A DNA stretch of 64,000 bases from an uncultured bacterium (lineage in GTDB: Bacteria > Vulcanimicrobiota > Vulcanimicrobiia > Vulcanimicrobiales > Vulcanimicrobiaceae): positions 209 through 64,208 of the forward strand of contig CAXUFI010000001.1 of the NCBI GenBank assembly GCA_964250245.1. Direction: 5' to 3'. The translations under genes and the position numbers were made by a program. This document shows, piece after piece, positions 1 to 9,404 of this stretch. Every line of letters starts with the position of its first letter. Position 1 is the first letter of the stretch. The notes beneath the pieces were generated by a model. That model was not told the DNA's origin and made no database searches. It worked only from the letters and a program-made list of their open reading frames with translations.

Positions 1-216
1 GCGAGCGACCCTTTTATCCTAGAACGGCTAATTGTAATATTTTAGCGATGTACCATTTTGCCGCCGCGCGTCGCGCGCGCGTTATCGCGCAGACGGAGAT
101 GCGAGCGTGAGCTTTTCGGTAGGAAGAACGACTACGCGAGCATAGTGCGGTTAGCGACTTCTCTTGCAGCCGGCCGGCCGCATGTCGTGCGACCCTTCGC
201 GCCCGTCGAAAGTGCT

Positions 217-624
217 CTAACGAGCGGCGGCCCGGCGCGTACGCTGCGAGCGCCCCGCAGGCTTCTTCATCGTAGCCTTGCCGGCTTTCGGCCTGCGAGC
301 CAGCTGCGCGTTGTGGGCCGCGACGATCGCCTCGATTAGGCCCGGAAAGCGCGCATCGATCTCCGCGCCGCGCGACGTATTATGCAGTTCGACGCCGCGC
401 CGTTCGCTACGGATGAGTCCCGCTTCACGCAGCACTTTGAAGTGTTGCGAAAGCGTCGATTTCGGGACGCCGCGGTTCGTAATGTTGACGAACGTCGAGC
501 AGATCTGCGAACAATCGGAGCCGGCGATCGCAGCGTAAATCGCGACCCGCACCGGATCGGCGAGCGCGTGCAAGATGGCTTCGACCGTAACGTCTTCGAG
601 GGCAGGATGGAGCAGGGACCTCAC
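217..624 (-). CDS. ArsR/SmtB-family winged-helix transcriptional regulator
   Basis: 135-aa ORF. ALADPVRVAIY and the HTH core STLSQHFKVLREAGLIRSERRG are typical of the ArsR family. Basic C-terminal tail. Divergent from the SDR gene at 678. Confidence 0.85.
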   Translation of the reverse strand: MRSLLHPALEDVTVEAILHALADPVRVAIYAAIAGSDCSQICSTFVNITNRGVPKSTLSQHFKVLREAGLIRSERRGVELHNTSRGAEIDARFPGLIEAIVAAHNAQLARRPKAGKATMKKPAGRSQRTRRAAAR

Positions 625-641
625 GCGCCGATCATACCCTC

Positions 642-670
642 TTGACGAGTCGTTGCATAGTTCGTATAAC
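642..670 (+). promoter_or_regulatory. Sigma70-like promoter TTGACG-17 nt-TATAAC, ending 7 nt before the ATG at 678
   Basis: Read directly: ttgacg 642-647, 17-nt spacer, tataac 665-670. There is no room for a Shine-Dalgarno leader before ATG 678. Confidence 0.4.
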
Positions 671-677
671 CTGAACC

Positions 678-1453
678 ATGGAACTAATGGAACGCCCTAC
701 CCGCGACGCTCTGAAGCTGGCCGGCAAGGTCGCCGTCGTTACCGGTGCCTCGAAGGGCATCGGCGCGGCGATCGCGCGGGCGCTGGCCGCCGAAGGCGCC
801 TCCGTCGTGGTGAATTATGCCTCGAGCAAGACCGGCGCCGATCGCGTCGTCGCCGAGATCTCCGAGACCGGCGGCAAAGCCGTGGCGGTCGCCGGCGACG
901 TTTCGAAAACCGTTGACGCCGAGGGGCTGATCGAGGCCGCGATCGGCCGATACGGACGCCTCGACATCCTCGTCAACAATTCGGGGCGCTATGAGTTCAA
1001 TCCGATCGAAGCCGTTACCGAAGAGAATTACCATAAATTGTTCGACGTGAACGTCCTCGGGCTGCTGCTCACGACCAAAGCGGCGGTGAAGCACCTCGGC
1101 GAGGGCGCGAGCATCATCAACATCGGCTCCGCCGTCACGAATCTAACGCCCGCGAACAGTTCCGTCTATACCGCAACCAAGGGCGCCGTCGACGCGATCA
1201 CGGGCGTACTCGCGAAGGAACTCGGCCCCAAGAAGATCCGCGTGAATAGCATTAATCCCGGGTTCGTCCTTACGAGGGTACGCACACGGCCGGCTTCGCG
1301 GGCACGGACCTCGAGAAGGGCTTCATCGCGCAGACGCCGCTCGGCCGTTCGGGGCAACCGGACGATATCGCGAACATCGCCGTCTTTCTCGCATCGAGCG
1401 ACTCCGGCTGGCTAACGGGTGAAAAGGTCATCGCGAGCGGCGGCTTGCGCTAA
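678..1453 (+). pseudogene. Short-chain dehydrogenase/reductase (SDR), frameshifted near 1266-1274
   Basis: N-terminus has TGASKGIG, NNSG and YTATKGAV (YxxxK) up to INPGFV. The canonical C-terminus TEGTHTAGF...GRSGQPDDIANIAVFLASSDSGWLTGEKVIASGGLR* continues in another frame and stops at 1451-1453. Confidence 0.75.
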
Positions 1454-1598
1454 TCGCGGCGACACGGCTCGCTCGTTCGCCGAGTGAAGCCGCGTCCTCG
1501 GGCCTATTGCAGGCTCGAAGAAAGCGACCTTCGGCGCAACGTAGCGCGCACGCTTCAGCTAGCCGAGACGGTACGTTACTTTCGCGGTCTAACGATAC

Positions 1599-1955
1599 GT
1601 GACGCCGGAACGACCCATCATCCTATTCGATGGGATTTGCAACCTCTGTAACGCAAGCGTACGCGCTATTCGAAGTGCCGATCCGGCGGAGCGTTTCCGC
1701 TTCGAATCGTTGCAGTCCGAAGCGGCGGCCGAACTCGCGACGCGTTTCGGGCGCGAGCCGGGTGCCGCGACGAGCGTCGTGCTCGTCGATGCGACGGGCT
1801 GGCACGAGCGAAGCGACGCCGCGCTCCGCATCGCTAGCGAACTGCGGTTTCCATGGCCGCTCCTCGCCGTCTTCTTCGCGGTACCCGTGAACCTGCGCGA
1901 CCGGCTGTACGATTTCGTCGCTCGAAATCGTTACCGCTGGTTCGGTACGCGGTGA
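1599..1955 (+). CDS. DCC-family thiol-disulfide oxidoreductase (DUF393)
   Basis: 118 aa. The N-terminal ILFDGICNLCN (DGxCxLC) motif is diagnostic of the DCC1-like family. Confidence 0.85.
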   Translation: MTPERPIILFDGICNLCNASVRAIRSADPAERFRFESLQSEAAAELATRFGREPGAATSVVLVDATGWHERSDAALRIASELRFPWPLLAVFFAVPVNLRDRLYDFVARNRYRWFGTR

Positions 1956-2752
1956 GCGCTCCTTGGCTGCTGGCGATGCAATGGCGTGAGCTCTGCACGA
2001 TCCATTGGCGGGTCGAGGCGGCGCCGCTTCAAAAGCTTTTGCCGGGCGGTCTCACGCTCGACCGTTATGACGGTGCGGCTTGGCTATCCGTCGTTTCGTT
2101 TCGGATGACCGGCATTCACCTGCGCTCGGCTCCGGTCGTTTGGGGCTTTCAAGATGTGCCGGAGATAAATTTGCGCACGTACGTGCGGGCCGGCTCGTCG
2201 CGCGGCATCTACTTCTTCAGTCTCGATGCGAACTCGCCGCTCGTCGTCGCGGCCGCGCGTCTCGTAACCGGGCTGCCGTACCGCATGGCGCGCATCACCG
2301 CGGACGAGGCCGGGCCCGAAATGAGGTTTACGAGCGAACGGCTCGGCGCGCGGGCCGGTGTGGGAGCGTTCGCGGCGCGGTTCGCGGCGTCCGGCGAAGC
2401 GCGCTTCGCGGCCCCCGGCTCGCTCGAGGCCTTTCTGCACGAGCGGTACCGCTTTTTCCTCAAGCGCGCGGGCCGGCTATGGAGCGGCGAGGTCCGTCAC
2501 GAGCCGTGGCTGCTACACGAAGCGCGCATCGAAATCGAAACCAACACGCTGGGCAGCCTCGCGAACGAGCCGCTCGCGACCGCGCCGGAGCGGTGCTGGT
2601 TCGCGCGTGAACTAGACGTCTTCGCGGGAGCCGTGACTCCGTTCGCGTCGCCGTCGGCAGCGGTCGTCGCGCCCGCGAACATGACGCGTACCAGCGTTGC
2701 ATCAGCCGATCCTAACGGCGATCGAGGGCCGTCGAGAAATACGGGCCGATAG
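1952..2752 (+). CDS. DUF2071 (YqjF-like) family protein
   Basis: WLSVVSFRM...FQDVPEINLRTYV...GIYFFSLDANSPLVVAAARLVTGLPY matches the DUF2071 pattern. The GTG at 1952 overlaps the upstream TGA (GTGA), suggesting coupling. The start is uncertain. Confidence 0.8.
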   Translation: MSAPWLLAMQWRELCTIHWRVEAAPLQKLLPGGLTLDRYDGAAWLSVVSFRMTGIHLRSAPVVWGFQDVPEINLRTYVRAGSSRGIYFFSLDANSPLVVAAARLVTGLPYRMARITADEAGPEMRFTSERLGARAGVGAFAARFAASGEARFAAPGSLEAFLHERYRFFLKRAGRLWSGEVRHEPWLLHEARIEIETNTLGSLANEPLATAPERCWFARELDVFAGAVTPFASPSAAVVAPANMTRTSVASADPNGDRGPSRNTGR

Positions 2753-3218
2753 CGAGACGAAAGCCCGGAAGCGCGCGATGGCAAAACGTTTCGGTTGCCC
2801 CGAGAAGCGTCGGCACCCCCATATCGTCATGTAGCGTGATCGTTCGTGCGTTACCATCGATGATGATAACCAACGCGCTTCCGGCTTGCAGATACGCCTG
2901 GACCTTACTCGCGACGTCTCGCGCGTCGTCGCCGGGCGACAATACTTCGACCGCAACGGCGGACGCGAATTCGGGAGCCTGAATAGCCTCCATCGAGAGA
3001 CCGTGCAACATGTCGTTCGTGACGAACGCAATGTCCGGAACGAGCGGCCGGCGCGGTTCGCCGGCGACCGCAATCCGGAAGCGCCACTCCGTCCCGACCT
3101 CACCGCGGCCCGACGCCCAAGCATCGAGCGCGATCGTGGATTTCGCTTGCAGCCGCCGTCCGCGAACCCATTCCGTTTCGGGCTTCGTAAGCGGTAGCGT
3201 GATTTCGTCGCTCGGCAT
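2712..3218 (-). CDS. Uma2-family (DUF820) PD-(D/E)xK endonuclease-like protein
   Basis: MPSDEITLP...LVPDIAFV...AVAVEVLSPGD...KVQAYLQAGSALVIIID pattern. I chose the start at ATG 3218; the longer ORF extension is Arg-rich junk. Confidence 0.8.
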   Translation of the reverse strand: MPSDEITLPLTKPETEWVRGRRLQAKSTIALDAWASGRGEVGTEWRFRIAVAGEPRRPLVPDIAFVTNDMLHGLSMEAIQAPEFASAVAVEVLSPGDDARDVASKVQAYLQAGSALVIIIDGNARTITLHDDMGVPTLLGATETFCHRALPGFRLAIGPYFSTALDRR

Positions 3219-3288
3219 GACTTCACGGCATCCTATCACGCTGCAAGTGAAGCCCGCAACGAGCGCGCGCTCCGTCTTGGCGCCCGGG

Positions 3289-4135
3289 CTACGTGGCCGG
3301 CGTGCTCTTCGTTCGTCGCGGGGCCCGCTTCTTTTTCGGTGAACTATCGGGCGCAACCATCGCCGAGAGCATCGGCGCGCCCTCTAAACGCTCGGCGGCG
3401 GCGGCGGCGAAGAAGGCGAACGTCCAGCGTTCGCCGAGCGCGCGCGTTTCGACGAAGACGATCGGCACGGCCGGGTAGCGCACTTGCAAGCGGACGAGTA
3501 ACTCGCCGAGCCACGCGCCGTCGACGAAGCCGCGCCGGAGCAGTTGCGTGTACGTTCCCTCGACGACGACGGCGGTCGTTTCGAGTCGCGCGAGTTCGCC
3601 CATGGCGAACCCGAGCGTGCCGTCCACGAGCGACTTGCAAAACCTGTCCCTTAAAGCCGTAACCGTAGCGCTCGCGCGTGTCGATCGCGATCCGGTCGAC
3701 GACTCGCGTGGGACGCTGCGGCACGCGCAAACCCGGCCGAGCGTTGGCGGTCGATTTCGGCGTCTGCCAGAAAATCATCGCGCGACCGCGCGCCTGCGTG
3801 AAGACGAATTGCGCGCGCCGGTTTTGCACGCGGTCGAGAATCAGGTCGAGCACCGGCCCGCGCCGCTCGCAGTTCAGCACGCGAACCCGCTCGAGGATCT
3901 CCAGGACTGCAACGTCCACGCCTTCGGCCGGATGACAATAGACACGGCTCGAGCGCGGCCACGTCTCGCGCGCTTTAAGCCACGTCCCACCTTCGAGCGG
4001 CAAGTACACGAGAAACGGTAACGAGCTTTCCGCTTCCGGATTACGAGCCACGATGAAGGCGTCGGGCACGCGCCCCCCTTCGACGCCCGCTCGACTCGAA
4101 GCCTCGGTACGCGGCGTGCTAGTATCGCCGACCAA
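3289..4135 (-). pseudogene. ERCC4-domain-like nuclease family gene, disrupted by a frameshift or internal deletion near 3600-3640
   Basis: Frame 1 reads FIVARNPEAESSLPFLVYLPLEGG...IAIDTRERYGYGFKGQ and then degenerates. Frame 2 continues FCKSLVDGTLGFAMGELARLETTAVVVEGTY...VRYPAVPIVFVETRALGERWTF. The stretch that normally carries the GDY...ERK core appears to be missing. Confidence 0.5.
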
Positions 4136-4204
4136 AGCAGTTAATTACATCCGCGAACGGCCGATCTACGTTAGGTGATCGATATCGATTCTTCAGGAGT
4201 ACAG

Positions 4205-4855
4205 ATGTTCAAGAAACTCGTTACACCCGTCCTGATGGCGGCGCTGCTCCCGGCAGCAGCGATGGCCGCCCCCACGGCGATCGTCGCCGACAACATGGCC
4301 ATGAGCGGCAGTATGATGAGCCACGGCATGCCGCGCGGCACGATGGGCGCCGACGGCATCCCCTACTACGGTGCGCCCGATCTCGTCGCCGCCAGTTCGC
4401 TCGTCGCGGCCGGCGGTGCCCCCGAACACTTTTCGATCGTAACGGCCCTGCGCCACCTCGCCGGCAACAAGGTCGCGAACGCCGAAGTCCTCAAACTGAC
4501 GCGTCAGTACGGTCCGGGCAAGGTAGCGAGTTTCGTGAAAGTGCAGAACTTCGCCGTCGATGAGGCGGTTCGCGACGCGACCTCCGCCGGAGTCAAGTTT
4601 CCGGCGCCGACGCTTACGGGCACCGCGCTTGCCGTCCGCGTAACCAAACACGGTTTGGAAGACGGCACCTACTACGAAGGAGCGATGCTCGACAAGCTCG
4701 TGAGCCACAAGATTCATGAAGCGGTCATGGCTTCCATCGACGCACAGTACGGCACGAAAGCGGACGCGAACTACCATCGCATCGCCGATCAAGCCCATTA
4801 CGACCTCGCCCAAGCGCTCGGGGCGAAGACGGTCAAGTTAGCCGCCTACCACTAA
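4205..4855 (+). CDS. Secreted hypothetical protein (signal peptide)
   Basis: AGGAG lies 5 nt upstream of ATG 4205. N-terminus MFKKLVTPVLMAALLPAAAMAAP is signal-peptide-like. No recognised domain. Confidence 0.6.
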   Translation: MFKKLVTPVLMAALLPAAAMAAPTAIVADNMAMSGSMMSHGMPRGTMGADGIPYYGAPDLVAASSLVAAGGAPEHFSIVTALRHLAGNKVANAEVLKLTRQYGPGKVASFVKVQNFAVDEAVRDATSAGVKFPAPTLTGTALAVRVTKHGLEDGTYYEGAMLDKLVSHKIHEAVMASIDAQYGTKADANYHRIADQAHYDLAQALGAKTVKLAAYH

Positions 4856-4880
4856 CGTAACGAACGCCCCAAAAAGAAAA

Positions 4881-4913
4881 GCGGCGCCCGCTCGACGGCG
4901 CCGCTTTTCTTTT
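4881..4913. terminator. Rho-independent, bidirectional-looking terminator
   Basis: gcggcgcc (4881-4888) pairs with ggcgccgc (4897-4904). It is followed by ttttctttt and preceded by aaaaagaaaa. Confidence 0.7.
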
Positions 4914-5275
4914 GCGTCGACGATCTTCGAAGAAGCCGCCGAGCTGGCGTGCGCGCGATCGACGAAGTGGAATCTCTAAGTTTCATGCCGCCGTTGACCG
5001 CGCCCGACGAGCGAGCGCCTGGGTCGACGGGTAATCTCCGGTTAAAAGCACAGCGAGACGTTATCGCCTGAAATCTCTTCTTGCGGAGATTAGTTGATCA
5101 CCGACCCGCCATCGGTCCGCCGAACTCCGGTCCGTAGCGCTTGGCGAGCAGCTTCGCGTAGGCAAACGATGCGCTTGCCGTGTCTTCCAAGTCGACTGCC
5201 ACCGATATCACCTGCGCACGACGTACACGCAATGGGTATCCGAAAGTGCCGCGCGGAATTTCCGCGGTCGCAGCC

Positions 5276-5316
5276 GGAAAAAGAAAACGCCGGACGATGT
5301 TGCCATCGCCGGCGTG
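5276..5316 (-). terminator. Rho-independent terminator of the 5344..6174 gene
   Basis: acgccgg (5287-5293) pairs with ccggcgt (5309-5315). On the minus strand the stem is followed by tttctttttcc. Confidence 0.6.
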
Positions 5317-5343
5317 CCGTTTCCAATCGGCCGTTACGTTCGG

Positions 5344-6174
5344 TTAGTGAGTGCGGCCGCCGTGGCCCTGACTCTCGCCGCGCGGTGCGCTTCCGCCCCG
5401 GCTCTCCTGCCGGCCGGCTTGCTGCGGGGCCGCTTGGCGCATCATCGGCGGCCGGGCGAACCCTTGCTGCGCGGCGGGCTGACTAACGCGAGATTGCCGG
5501 AAGGCGGGTTGGTACGCGGGCTGCCGCAGGGCCGGCTGCCGCTGCACGAACTGCGTTTGCGCGGGCGCCGCGGGCGCCGCGGGCCGGGCGAAGGCGGCGC
5601 CGTTACCCCGCGGGGCGACGACTCTGCCTGAAGAGCGGTACGCTACACCGTTATACTCTGCGTGACTATTGCGAACGATGTTGTTGACGTTGACCTGGTT
5701 GTAGTAGCGCGCCCCGCCGCGGTAGCTGTAATCGCCGCGAAAGGCGTTACCGTGCCACCAGCCGGCACTTCCGAAGAAGAACGCCAGGCTCGTGCTCGGG
5801 CCGTAGTAGTCCCACGGGTGGCCACCGTAGTCCGCGACCCCGGCGTCGTAGGAATACGGCGTATCGATTTCGTTGGCTGCGAACTGCGAGCCGTCGCTGT
5901 AGCCGAGGATGCTGACGACCATGCCCGGCGCGAGAGTCAATCCGGTCGGATTGATGATCGTGCCGTCGTGCAAGTCGACGTTATCGACGAAACCGCGTTC
6001 GTCGTTGACGGTGAGATCGTACGCACCGTCAAAACTTGCGATCCGACCGCGAATTTGCTCGTCGGCCGTGGCGGCCTGCGGCGCGTAGGCGTACGACGGT
6101 ACATCCTGAGCGGATGCGGCGAGCGGCGTTGCCAAGAGGAGTGCCGCGAGGGCGGTGCCGAGAGTGCGTAACAT
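5344..6174 (-). CDS. Secreted hypothetical protein with a Q/P/A-rich low-complexity C-terminus
   Basis: Start chosen at MLRTLGTALAALLLATPLAASAQ (signal peptide). Gly/Tyr/Trp-rich middle and a repetitive QPA tail. No known domain recognised. Confidence 0.6.
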   Translation of the reverse strand: MLRTLGTALAALLLATPLAASAQDVPSYAYAPQAATADEQIRGRIASFDGAYDLTVNDERGFVDNVDLHDGTIINPTGLTLAPGMVVSILGYSDGSQFAANEIDTPYSYDAGVADYGGHPWDYYGPSTSLAFFFGSAGWWHGNAFRGDYSYRGGARYYNQVNVNNIVRNSHAEYNGVAYRSSGRVVAPRGNGAAFARPAAPAAPAQTQFVQRQPALRQPAYQPAFRQSRVSQPAAQQGFARPPMMRQAAPQQAGRQESRGGSAPRGESQGHGGRTH

Positions 6175-6406
6175 AGTAATCCTTAAACGCGCTCGAGGCC
6201 GCACTCGCGGTTTCGCGTGCATTCTGTGAGTGCTTCAGCGTAATCTCATGTTCGCCTCATACGAAGCAGCAGCTCGGCTGGAGGCGCGGGTCACTCACCC
6301 GAAGGTAAACGAGTAGCCTCGTGTGCCGAGATCGAGGAAAACATGCGGTCGCGAACGCTTCCGCGCCGGCGGACGAGCTGGTAAAGCCGTCGACGCGCGT
6401 TTCGGA

Positions 6407-9007
6407 TTACAGATGCGGCGCGAGCGCCGCTCGGAAGAGGCTCGCTAACCGTTCGCCGTGGCGGCCGGCGATCATCGAGTCGTGCGTGCCGTCCACGTTC
6501 TCGACGGTGAGCGCCGGCGTGTATTCGCGCCAGCCGAGGTCGAGCGGAGCGGCGCCGTACGAGCCGCTGCGAAAGAGCGTGGCCGGTGCCGATACGGTTG
6601 CGGGCGTCCACCCTTTCGCGAGCGCCGCTCGGACGAACCACACCATGTAGTGATCGAAGGCGAAGGCGACGTTTGGTGGTAACGGCACGGCGTTTCGCCG
6701 TCGCGCCACGAAGCGGCGTAAGCGCGGCGACCGGTACACGAGTACCGCCAGCCGATAGCCCGCGCGGATCGCGAGCGCCTTTCGTATACCGTGTGCGCGC
6801 ACGTCGCGCACGAACCGGGCACGTCCGCTCCGCGCCTGCGGTGTATCGTCATCGACGCGTTCGCTCTGCGTCAGATTCGTATCGAGAAGCGCGAGAAAAG
6901 CGACCTCGTTACCTGCGATCACCAGTCGCCGCGCGACTTCGTGCGCGACCCGGCCGCCGAACGAATAGCCCGCGAGGATAAGCGGGCGGTCGGGCACGTT
7001 CGCCAGGACTTGTCCGATGACGTCCTCGACGAGCGCGTCGAACGTGGCCGTCTCGCGAACGAGCGCCTCCCACGCCACGTACTTCGGCAAGAAGAAGCGT
7101 ACGTCGTCCCCGACGAGTTTCCGGAACGTCGCCAGCTTCGGCTCGTCGCCGCGCATCCCCGGGCAGAGCACGACCGTCCGGGCCGCGTGTGCTCCTGCGC
7201 CCGCGATCTCATAGCGTAATCGATGAACGAGTTCGCGGCCGCTCATCTCCGGCCAGAACGCGTCGAGATCGACGGGCCGTCCGGCGACGCGCTCGATGGT
7301 TTGAGCGAGCTGCAGCAACTTTAGCGAGTCGCCGCCGGCATCGTCCCACCGTTCGCCGTTCTCGAACGAGTCGCGGCCGAGTAATCCGTTCCAAGCGTAG
7401 GCGACGACCGCGGCCAAATCCGAACCGTCCGGCTCTCCGCGCGCTGATGTCGCCGTGCGCGGGCGCACGTGTTCGGATGCGAGGCGTTCGAGAGCGGCCA
7501 TATCGACTTTTAAGCCGGGCAGAAGCGGAATCGTATCGATGAAGCGGATCGCCGCCGGCACCATGTAGGCCGGCAACCGCGCGTGCAGCGCGCGTCGCAG
7601 GCCGCGCGCCGAGAGCACCCGGCCGTTCTCGCACGTAATGAAGGCCACCAGGCGCGGTTCGCCGTTCACCACCGGCGCGACCACGGCGGCAGCGCGAACG
7701 CCCGGCTGCGCTTGCAGGGCGGCCTCGACACCACTTAGATCCACGCGCTGACCGCGCACTTTGATCATCCGGTCGATGCGGCCGGCATGTTCGAGTAAGC
7801 CGTCCGGGCGGCGCCGGAACAGGTCGCCCGTGTGGTAGACGCGGGCTCCCGGGTCGCGAGGCGCGGGAGCGATCGGACCGGGAACGACCGCACCGGCTTC
7901 CCAAAGTCCGAGCGCGGTTGCGGCACCGGTGGAACGTAATTCTCCGAGCTCGCCCTCCGCGACGAGCGTTCCGTCGGGCGCCACGATGTCGAGCGTCGTC
8001 CCGGTTACGGCAAAGCCGGTTCCGAGGATACTGTCGCTGCGGTCGTCGACGATCCATTGCGCCACGACGCCCGCTTCGGTCGAGCCGTAATTCAGCGAGA
8101 TGCGGCACGTCTGCGGTAGCAGCGGGCGGAGCAGATCGATATCGGCGCGATGGATGCGTTCGCCGCCGAGCGTCAGCGCCCGAAGATGCTTCATCGCTTC
8201 CCGCGCGCCATCGACTCGCACGAGGGTGCGGATCAGCGTCGGGGCGCAGCGGCATATCGTAATACGTTCGTCGCCGAGCGTCGCGATAAGTTGCGGCAAG
8301 CCGGCACGCGGATCGCGCGGCACGAGAACCGCGCCGGATACCAGCGCTGCGAGCAAGGCGCGCGCGCCGGCGATGGTCGCGGGCGACCACAACGAGAGGC
8401 AGCGGTCGTCCTCGGTGATATCGAGCGCCCTTATATCGGGATAGACGCTTTCGAGCAGAGAGCGCTGCGAATGAACGATCCCTTTCGGGAAGCCCGTGCT
8501 CCCCGAGGTATAGAGCAGTACGAACGGATCGTCCGCCGGAAGCGTTCGCGGCGGATGCGGCGGCTCGCCGTCATCGCGATCGGCGTCAGGTGTATCCGGC
8601 GCGGTAATCGTTATGAGTGTAACGCCGGCGTTATCGAGAACGGTGCCGGCCGGCCGGTCCCGGCTATCGATGACCACCGGCACCCGGGCGCGACGGACGA
8701 TCTCGGCGTTGCGTTCGGCCGGATACGAGACGTCGAGCGCGACGTGCGGACAGCCGGCAGCCGCGCAGGCCAACGCCGCGATCGGAAAGAGCGCGTCGTT
8801 CGCGAGATAGAGTCCGACCGGCGTATCCGCCGCCACGAGTTCCGCGAGCTCGCCCGCGAGCCGCAGCGCGGCGGTGTAGAGTTGCCGCCGCGATACCGTG
8901 CGCGAACCGTCGGTTATCGCGGTGCGGTCCGGTACTTCGAGCATACGCGCACGAACGGCATCGATGACGGATTGACGAGACGATTTGCGGCGTTCGTCGA
9001 GCAGCAT
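6407..9007 (-). CDS. Standalone NRPS-like enzyme: adenylation - thiolation (PCP) - thioesterase
   Basis: 866 aa. A-domain cores LYTSGSTGFPKG, YHTGDLFRR...GRIDRMIKVRGQRVDL and LPGLKVD. PCP motif GGDSLKLLQL. TE motif GYSFGG. No condensation domain. Confidence 0.85.
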   Translation of the reverse strand: MLLDERRKSSRQSVIDAVRARMLEVPDRTAITDGSRTVSRRQLYTAALRLAGELAELVAADTPVGLYLANDALFPIAALACAAAGCPHVALDVSYPAERNAEIVRRARVPVVIDSRDRPAGTVLDNAGVTLITITAPDTPDADRDDGEPPHPPRTLPADDPFVLLYTSGSTGFPKGIVHSQRSLLESVYPDIRALDITEDDRCLSLWSPATIAGARALLAALVSGAVLVPRDPRAGLPQLIATLGDERITICRCAPTLIRTLVRVDGAREAMKHLRALTLGGERIHRADIDLLRPLLPQTCRISLNYGSTEAGVVAQWIVDDRSDSILGTGFAVTGTTLDIVAPDGTLVAEGELGELRSTGAATALGLWEAGAVVPGPIAPAPRDPGARVYHTGDLFRRRPDGLLEHAGRIDRMIKVRGQRVDLSGVEAALQAQPGVRAAAVVAPVVNGEPRLVAFITCENGRVLSARGLRRALHARLPAYMVPAAIRFIDTIPLLPGLKVDMAALERLASEHVRPRTATSARGEPDGSDLAAVVAYAWNGLLGRDSFENGERWDDAGGDSLKLLQLAQTIERVAGRPVDLDAFWPEMSGRELVHRLRYEIAGAGAHAARTVVLCPGMRGDEPKLATFRKLVGDDVRFFLPKYVAWEALVRETATFDALVEDVIGQVLANVPDRPLILAGYSFGGRVAHEVARRLVIAGNEVAFLALLDTNLTQSERVDDDTPQARSGRARFVRDVRAHGIRKALAIRAGYRLAVLVYRSPRLRRFVARRRNAVPLPPNVAFAFDHYMVWFVRAALAKGWTPATVSAPATLFRSGSYGAAPLDLGWREYTPALTVENVDGTHDSMIAGRHGERLASLFRAALAPHL

Positions 9008-9404
9008 CCGAAGTTATTTCAGCTTCCATGCCGGTGCCCGCCACGCAGATGGCCAATCTGCTCTTCCCGACGGCGGCAATCGAAGAAAGGTGTGACGCGG
9101 TTACCGGCGAGTTATGCTTATTCTAGATTACCGGTCGCGCTGATGAGCGCGCTCTTAGCTTCATTATTGCAAAGCATTATTAGTTGACATGGAGTCGACT
9201 CAAGCGAGCACGATCCGATCGGACTCGAAGTCGCAACCCGCGCTCCAGATGAACAGCTTCGTTAGCGACGATCGGATAGCAGAAATCGTCGTATACGTTA
9301 AAAGGCCGAAGTAGCGGCGAGGCCATACCGATTACAGCGGATCGAGAGGTTCTGCAGCGACCTCGCCACCACTCGAAACCGCAACGTCTGCATTTGAAAC
9401 CGCG

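Noticed and set aside
5032-5092. A 9-bp inverted repeat (taatctccg / cggagatta) with a 43-nt loop. Beside it (5098-5270, minus strand) is a protein-like frame, ...IPRGTFGYPLRVRRAQVISVAVDLEDTASASFAYAKLLAKRYGPEFGG*.
   Set aside because: The hairpin has a long loop and no U-run, so it is not a convincing terminator or known riboswitch. The frame lacks a credible start and any recognised motif, so it is probably another gene remnant.
7209-8390. Long alternative-frame and antisense ORFs inside real genes. Examples: 7209..8390 and 8150..9187 within the NRPS-like gene, 34725..36158 and 35099..36214 over the amidohydrolase, 43107..44261 over the rSAM, and 32932..33891.
   Set aside because: Their translations are Arg/Ala/Pro/Gly-rich low-complexity strings with no motifs. 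That is typical of stop-poor off-frames in ~67% GC DNA, and each overlaps a gene with clear family signatures.
9189-9323. A 44-codon plus-strand ORF in the 400-bp gap upstream of the NRPS-like gene. I checked it as a possible MbtH-like or small-peptide gene.
   Set aside because: No SD sequence, no MbtH motif (no W-rich N.E.Q.S.WP pattern), and it lies on the opposite strand to the NRPS-like gene.
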